A stretch of DNA of 57,012 bases, filler included, from Sphacelaria rigidula (Eukaryota): the NCBI GenBank assembly GCA_964200075.2. It is 8 parts of 8 records of this genome, joined end to end, with 100 filler letters (N's around TTAATTAATTAA, not from the genome) between each part and the next. Parts side by side here need not be neighbours in the genome. Positions count along the whole stretch, not along the records: positions 49,974 to 57,012 come from CAXNAA020016822.1; 7 more parts are not named here. The stretch is one strand, 5' to 3'. The position numbers and the translations under genes were made by a program. The notes beneath the pieces were generated by a model. The model worked only from the letters and a program-made list of their open reading frames with translations. It was not told the origin of the DNA and searched no databases. Positions 50,044-57,012 of this stretch are shown in pieces; positions within the stretch are counted from its first letter, which is position 1, and each line of letters opens with the position of its first letter.

Positions 50044-50218
50044 TGCAAATCGCAGATATCGCAGAAAACAAACGCCGATGCATGTGCAGACGTTCAAATG
50101 AAAGCATCTTGTTTCCCCGTTGCGGCTGCTCACTACCTCCTTTATTCGTTTCTGACACTATTGTTGATTTTGTTGATCAAATGCCTTTGGGGTTTTGCTG
50201 CTGTTCTTCTTTTGTCAG

Positions 50219-53105
50219 GGTGGCGATGCCTTGTCTGGCGACCTAACGGTAGATCTCAAGAGGCGATCTTGCCGGATTGTTTCTCACAGGAGGACACCCT
50301 CAACACCAATGACGATCCCTGCCGACTGGGAAGGCCATCATGAGGTACGTTTTCTACTTTCCGTTGGGCGTTTTGGAGTCAGTGGCGGACGTATCGAGAT
50401 GGAGAAATGGGTTGACCCTGTTGGACATACAACAAAACCCGAGGGAAGGGAGGGCCGTTTATGTACGACAAAAACAAGGAAATATAGGTACTACGGGGGT
50501 GAAATACTATACAGAGTTATCGTGCATACCGCTATTCTGTTGCGGCTGCGTCTGATCATGCCCGTCGATGCATGTGCAACCGTAAGTACAAATGTTGAGA
50601 TCATTGCCTGCATGCATGTCCACTACGTGTTTTCGCACCCTCACACAAGCTTTGAAAGGTGGCAATACTCCTTGATCCTTGCTTCGCAAGTCGCCCCCTT
50701 CCCCCAAACCCGTTCGTGTGAAGTACGCCCCCCTCCTTTTCCCCCTTTATCTGTACGTTTTCAGGTGCCTGCGGAAAGACTTGATCGAGAGGGCGAGACA
50801 CCCTTCGAAGGCGAGAAAGACTCTCACAACAATGGTGACGACCCAGCCATTGAAGCATTGCCGGACGATGCTGTGGATGATGACAGTGACGATGAAGTAC
50901 TAAGTGTAATTCTGCACGCCTCATCTCCGCACACCCTTTCACTCCCTCGACGTTCCGTTCACTCCCGACGCCCCTCGCCACTTGAAGGTTCGGCGGTGAT
51001 ACAGCTGTCGGTTGAGGGCTCGAGAAATTCCACCGCCATGTCTGACCCCGGTCGCGCCGAAACCATGACGGCACTGCTCGATCTCGGCACGAACGAGCCC
51101 ACAGCAATCCAGTCCGTCCTCACGACAAACTCGGCGATTCCCACCACAAGAGTGGTCAAATCGGCCCTCGCAGATAGCACCGCTCGCTGTCCGTCACCCT
51201 TGCCCGGAATGGAATCGCCGCTGGTCGGCGTACTATCGCCGCGCAGAAGCGTGCCGCCTGGCAACGTTACCCCGCGTCGCAGTGTGCCATATCCGCGAGA
51301 CGTGGAATCACTCAGTGATGAACTGTTGGACATGGCGCCTCTAGGGGCGCCGTTGCGACTTCCGCCACTGCCGCTGACTTCACCCCAGTCGCTTGCGGAG
51401 CAGAAGAATCAGCGACGACTGTCCCCTCTGACAACGCCCGTCCGATGCCGTGCGCGCTCCCTCTCTTCAAGGGAGATTCAAAACTCGCCTCACGTGGATA
51501 ACAGCAACAGTAGCCCCATGCACTCGTCAACGTCAACCATCGCCTTTCCTGCGACGCGTGCTGCTCCTTCCCGAGATGCAGGCGAGGAACTTGAGCCCCA
51601 CCTATTGGAGGCATCGAGGTCATCGGAGGAACAGGTTGACGGCTTGGAGAGAAGGGTCCTCGGGCGGCGCGATGGAAGGTTCGTGTTCGGCAGCGGCGAC
51701 AGCGGCAACGGGACAAATTTTTGACACGCTGGGAGATCAAGCTAAAACGACAGCAGCGGCGAGTTCCACATGCAATCAACCTCAGCACGTGTCCCCGTAC
51801 TCAACCGCATCGCCGGTATCATCGCTGTCGTCCCATGACAAAGTCGTTCCCTCCTGGAGCCAGGGAAGAGATCTCTTGCCGCAGCAAGGCGAAACACAAG
51901 GGTACGGGCTCGATAGTCGAGGTGGAAGCACCCGCAGCCATGGCCGGAGGACCGATACTGGGAGACAAGAGGAAGAAAAGTGGGTGCGATTGATCTCGGT
52001 AGACTCCGCTGCCATCCCCGCTAGCACATTATTGGGCGACAGCCAGTGTCTTGTGCAAGGAGCTGATCGGGCGTGGTCTGGTGAGTCAGATTCCACGGTG
52101 GTAGCCAAAGCCGCCGCTGTACACTCCTTGAACGAGAGAGCCATCGACAACGAGGGGCCGCCGGTCCACCACCGAGCTAACTTCACAGGTTGCTCCAGCT
52201 ACGGTGGCGATGGCAGCGACCTCTACGTGGTCAACTGTGTCGACGGGGGCCATACCACACCGGCGGCACCCGCCCGCCACCCCAGCTCGACGTCTAACTC
52301 ACACTGCTCGAACATGGCACCAGCCGCCACCACCGTGATGTCTACCCAACCGTCGATGCCCAGTTCCAGCAGTGATACCAGTGGCACAAGCGGCAGCTAC
52401 AGCAGCGGACGCGGCGGTGACGGCCACGGTGCCGGTGGCAGCGGCATTGCTCCTCATACCCAGGTCATTTCCGTGGATCGAGGCACGCGGTGCTACAACA
52501 GAGTGGGTCGCCAAGAAGACGAGAGTAGAAGCGTGAGCGATGGGTCCGGCGACAAAGAAGCTAGCAGTTGCCGATCTTCATCGACGGGGAATGGCGCAGT
52601 GCTACTCCCCGTTTCTCCGTCCCTTCAATCGCGCTCGAGAATGCGAGCACACGGCCGCGGGCGACGGAGTACGTCGGCGGCAAAGCCTGAACGCCGATAT
52701 CGCTCCGCGTCCCCATGCCCTGCAGATGGTGGTGACGTTGGGGGCTTTGAATTGTACTGCCGTTCGTCGTTGAGTGGTGGTGGAGAAGGAGGTGGAGAGC
52801 GGGAACATCAACGCGGAACTGTTCAAAGTGAAAGCCAATCGCTACACGACTAGCATCGCAGCGCACGCGCACGCGTACACGTTGTCCCTGGCGGTGGCTT
52901 GCGTCTCGGCGACCAGAAGTTTGCCGCTACTTCGGTGGCAGCTACCGCCGCGAGGGTGAGGGCAACGATAGCGGAGCAGGTAATGGACGGTATTCCTTGT
53001 TTTTCGTCATCGCCGTTGTTTTCGAGCGATGTCCCGAGGTCGCTTTCATGTCCCGATATGTATGGTGGCGGCGACGGTGGCTCTTGTAGAACGCCCGAGG
53101 GCTAG
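50219..53105 (+). pseudogene. Uncharacterised Ser/Pro/Gly-rich protein; exons 50219-50344 and 50765-~53105, with a frameshift (~51650) and an in-frame TAG (52851-52853)
   Basis: In-phase AG/GT junction HHE|VPAERL. Long GC-rich ORFs 50765-51724 and 51450-52853 overlap at a GA repeat, and the frame continues past the TAG to 53105. Either a pseudogene or sequence errors. Confidence 0.55.
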
Positions 53106-56099
53106 AATGAAATGCATACCTGCAAGGTAGGCGGGTGGTGGTGAGGTCGCGGCGAGTACTCCGGCACCCCATTCCCCCTGAATCGGGATGTCTCGGGTGT
53201 GCACCAATTACGCTAATAGTAGTGCCAGAAGCCCCATTCGATGATTCAGAGTCAAAAATGCTCGTCGGAGGAGTTCGTTGCTGAAGGAAAATGGCGGCAA
53301 CCGGAGCGATGGTTTCATCACTTCCACCACCACTCTCACGGCGGTCATTTCGACGTTGCCGTGCCAGGTCGTCGGGTGCCGATAGCACCAGAAATGGCAC
53401 CACCAGTATGACGTGAGTGCGGCTCACGAGAAGTATGAGAATATTCTTGCCAGTTCTGCGCGGATCCGGGGGTAGGAAACGACGAGTTATCGCGGACTTG
53501 TCATCTCGCTTCCGGAGGAGGGTGTGCACTAGGACGCGATGACGGGGTTAGGGTTACAGTAGGGGTGGCGACTCCTCACACCTACCACCGAATGACCTTC
53601 TCTGTACATCAGTTAACCGATCCCACGTGGGGGAAAAGAGAGAAAAAAGGTGTAAGAGAGTAAGAGGTGCAGAAGGGAAAGTAGCGCTGTGCTGGTCTCC
53701 ACCGATCGAAGGTTTATTCAATCTGCGCATTCCTCCAATTGTTACTTCCGTATGTACGTTGCTGTTCTGTAGAATTTCAAACAATGAAGTTGGAAGAGTA
53801 GACTGAAGACATTTTGCAGGGAGGATTCAAACCGACCTTATTCACTCCCATGGTATCGTGGGTTATGTAGGCATTTGGCCTTCCTTTTTTCCTACCTTCC
53901 GTCGAGTTATTGCAGTCATTTGGTATAAGTATTAAGCTGTGTCCGATTTTGTCTCTTTAGAGTCGTCGTGTTATGCTTGAATGTTCGCGTACTGTCTCCA
54001 CACAAACGTGCTTAGTACCTTGCGTAGAACTTCTTGATTTCCCCCTGAATTCAGCACGTTGATCCAAGTCTGCATATATATACGCCGCAGTAAAGTTAGT
54101 ATCGTTGACAGAGCGCATGATGCGTACCGTGGTGTTTGTGGATTTCCCCTCTGTTCTCTGAGTCAGTTCGCCATTCGTGTGGATAACCTGCCTGTTCTGG
54201 AACATTCTTACCGTTTCAAAATCGCGGGACAGTTGGCTCAGAAACTCAGCAATTGGAGCCCCCCCATGGCGATGCACGATAAAAAACAAATTCGGCGCGC
54301 GATACACGACGAACACGTCAGAGGAGAATCAATGAGCATTTTTGTTTTCGGTGCGCGATACACAGCAAACATATAAGTAAGCACGCCGTACCCTGCGTAG
54401 CATTGTATAGCGTACTGAGTGGCATCAAGAAAGGCGAGGGGTCTTGTGGGGGTGGATCAATGCTACGGTAGGGATGCTCTTTTTTGCGCAAAATCTTGTC
54501 TGGTTCAGAGGCTCCTAAGGATCCTAGATGCACAAGAACATGGGTCTGGGCATCCCCGTTCGCAAATTCATTCGGTATATCCCTCGTACATCAGAATAGT
54601 AATCCTGGCGTGCTCGGACATATTTTAAAAGTCGTATTTTGGATGAGGTAAAGGGCTCCTAACGATTCTAAGCTCAAAACATATTTGTGCACCCCTGCCG
54701 TAGCTTCACTCGGTGGAAAGATGAAGCGCCCCCTTTGTGTGTGTGTGAGGATGTGGCGAACGTTTGCCATCCACTGTCTGCTTGGTATGGTAAATTGTTA
54801 TGAAAAATCAAATTTATTTTAGGTATGAGGTGGGTGCTGTCTTCAGTTTGATTTCTGCGATTATTGATAGTATGAGTGCTGTCGGTCGTCAGCAGTGAAA
54901 TTTGCGATTTACTACATGAGTATCTGTTGTTGTGCCGATGCCGCCGTATCTCCTCCTGAGTCGTAGGTGCCCAAACTATTCGGTTAATTTTACCCCTTAG
55001 TATGTTGTTGTAACTGTTGGTGGTGATTTTGTTTCCCCCCGTCCACCCCCCAGCGCCAACTCTGCCGGCACACCATCGAAAGGGTTTAGTCTAGTTGTCT
55101 TTTATTCAATGTGCGTCACCTCTTTCATACTTATAGTTTCGTGTTGCGTGCGTGTTCTAGTTTTCGTTCGTTATAGTGATGGTTTGAGTTTTACTCATGC
55201 GAGATTGCTTTGTCGCTTCTATCGCCGTTTTTTTAGCAAGTCGATGCCTTGTTGTGCTTTAACCCGCGACCTTTGATTATGTGATGGGTCATCTTGTTTG
55301 ATGTCGCCTATGGTTGATGGCGTTTAAAGAGCGACTTATTGAATTATTTTTGTTGTCAACCACCGCCTCGTTACTCTGCGTATGCTATCCCGGCTGCATG
55401 CCGGGTGACGATGCAACCGGCCGATCCGTAGAAGGACCGCACTCGCTGACCCTGCCTACTATCTACTTGATGCGTTGATGGTGGCCACCCCCATGATCCA
55501 CACCTGCCAATTTCATATCCGATGCCCTCGAAGCTGAAATATCATGGAAGCAGCCGCTACCACGGACTGGCACATAGTTGACGCACGTCTCAGGCAGGAG
55601 GCTCCAGAAGGATGTGTCGAAGGTGTCATGTGTATATGCAAAGGCTTGTCATACAACCGGTCTTACGCATGTTTCTGATCGATCGATGGTTCTGAATCGG
55701 TTCAGACACATCGGCATTTGAGAGTTGGACCCAGTTCAAGGGTTCCATGTGAGATTTTCACGCTTTCCGTCTGGTCAAGAATGCTTCGAATCAAAGTTGT
55801 GCCTGGTTCAAGGAAGATCATCGTATGTAGGTGATCGGCTTAGCTGATCATGTATGCTTTTGTACCGGTCGTCGTAGATCCGCCGAAACGGATCGCCATG
55901 TTCGAAGCCTACTATCGGTGCACAAGCCATTTCGGCAACAATATGCGCAGATTCGCTACTTTCTCGACGCGTTTCGGTATATTTATGTTGTGCTGAAAAT
56001 GCACACCGCTCCATTTCAAAAACGAGGTTCACATGGTGGGCAGCCTTTACGACTGGGCTGAACAACGCGTTTGTGATTTCCCTGCTAATGGACGGTCAC

Positions 56100-56500
56100 G
56101 GGATCCCGAATACAAGCTTGAGAAGCTGCATTGCAAAGCTCAGGGTCTCAAGTTGAAGATCCAACGTGCAAGCTAAAGCTTCAACTTGAACGCCAGGGCT
56201 TCAGCTTTCACACCGAAGCCTCATTTTTTGACCAAGTCTTCAAGATGAAGGCCCGAAAATATTGGACTCTAATTCTAACCTTCCCTGGAACGCTCGGCCT
56301 TAATGTTGAAGGCTAGATATTCAAATTGAGAGGTTTGAACTTTCAACATTGATGGTCGATGGCCGAGTGATGGTTCAAGTTAAACATGAGGTTTCCAAGC
56401 TAAGTAAGTTTCGCGAGCTTCTACTTGAACCTTCGAGATGAAGGTCTGCCTTGAATATGAAGCTTCAAGTTGAGCGTGCAAGTTAACCCTTTGGGAACCC
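56100..56500. mobile_element. ~400-bp MITE-like element with subterminal repeats
   Basis: Termini gggatcccgaa / tttgggaaccc, with multiple aagcttcaa(c/g)ttga-like motifs near both ends. No clear TSD. Confidence 0.55.
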
Positions 56501-56517
56501 TCCCCGTCCGTCCCTGA

Positions 56518-57012
56518 TGAGAAATATCCGGCAGAGTTCAAGTGGAAGTGGGGAGAAAAGAGACTGCCGATCGTAGACCAGAGTACATACCTTGGCGTAG
56601 ATATCTCAAGAAACTGTTCTTGGGATGCACAAATAAACAAAGTAATAGAAAAGGGTAAGGCACAGATAGGCAGGTCGCATGTGGTCCTCAGAGAGCCGCG
56701 CCTAGACACTAGGATCAAGAGATGTATGCTGATGAACGTGATCGTACCAAAGCTGGAATATGCAGGAGACGTATGGGAGGGGAATGTGAAGTTGGTGGAG
56801 AGGTTGGAGACAGTACAGATGGCAGCAGCTAAGGAAATACTTGGATGCTCGAAATGACGAGTAATACAGTTTTGATAGCAGATTTGGGAATGTATTCACT
56901 TGGAACGAACAGAGACATGAGGAAATTGCGATGACAATATAGCGTAAAGAACATGCAGAGAAAGAGATTGCCAGGTATAGTTGATAGGGCTGTATGGAGG
57001 AAAAGTACGATA
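56518..57012 (+). mobile_element. 5'-truncated LINE ORF2 fragment (RT domain 7/thumb)
   Basis: KWGEKRLPIVDQSTYLGVDISRNCSWDAQINKVIEKG...LMNVIVPKLEYAGDVWEG...LETVQMAAAKEILG, then a stop and frameshift. Confidence 0.85.

Overview
This is eukaryotic DNA, almost certainly from a brown alga (Phaeophyceae): it has short GT-AG exons in kb-long introns and a brown-algal-type GDP-mannose dehydrogenase. The window is not one locus. It is eight unrelated contigs of exactly 7,039 bp joined by 100-bp N-TTAATTAATTAA-N spacers (8x7039+7x100=57,012), so neighbourhoods across spacers mean nothing. Contents by contig: (1) four exons of condensin I subunit CAP-D2/Cnd1; (2) two exons of a PDR/ABCG transporter, one with a GC donor; (3) a complete 3-exon, 325-aa GDP-mannose 6-dehydrogenase (alginate pathway); (4) a decayed APE-type LINE, MITEs and a 430-bp palindrome; (5) a Ty3/Gypsy pol whose integrase ends in a chromodomain plus a PWWP/Tudor-like module; (6) a chimeric Ty3/Gypsy lacking PR/RT; (7) five exons of WDR3/UTP12; (8) a low-complexity, disrupted hypothetical gene, a MITE and a LINE RT fragment. 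The most notable signal is about 9 LINE 3' ends from two related families. They end in poly(C) rather than poly(A), and one sits in a 16-bp TSD that begins with a C-run. This suggests C-run-targeted retrotransposition, which could help explain the many poly-G/C tracts. Protein family calls come from motif recognition only; no database search was run.
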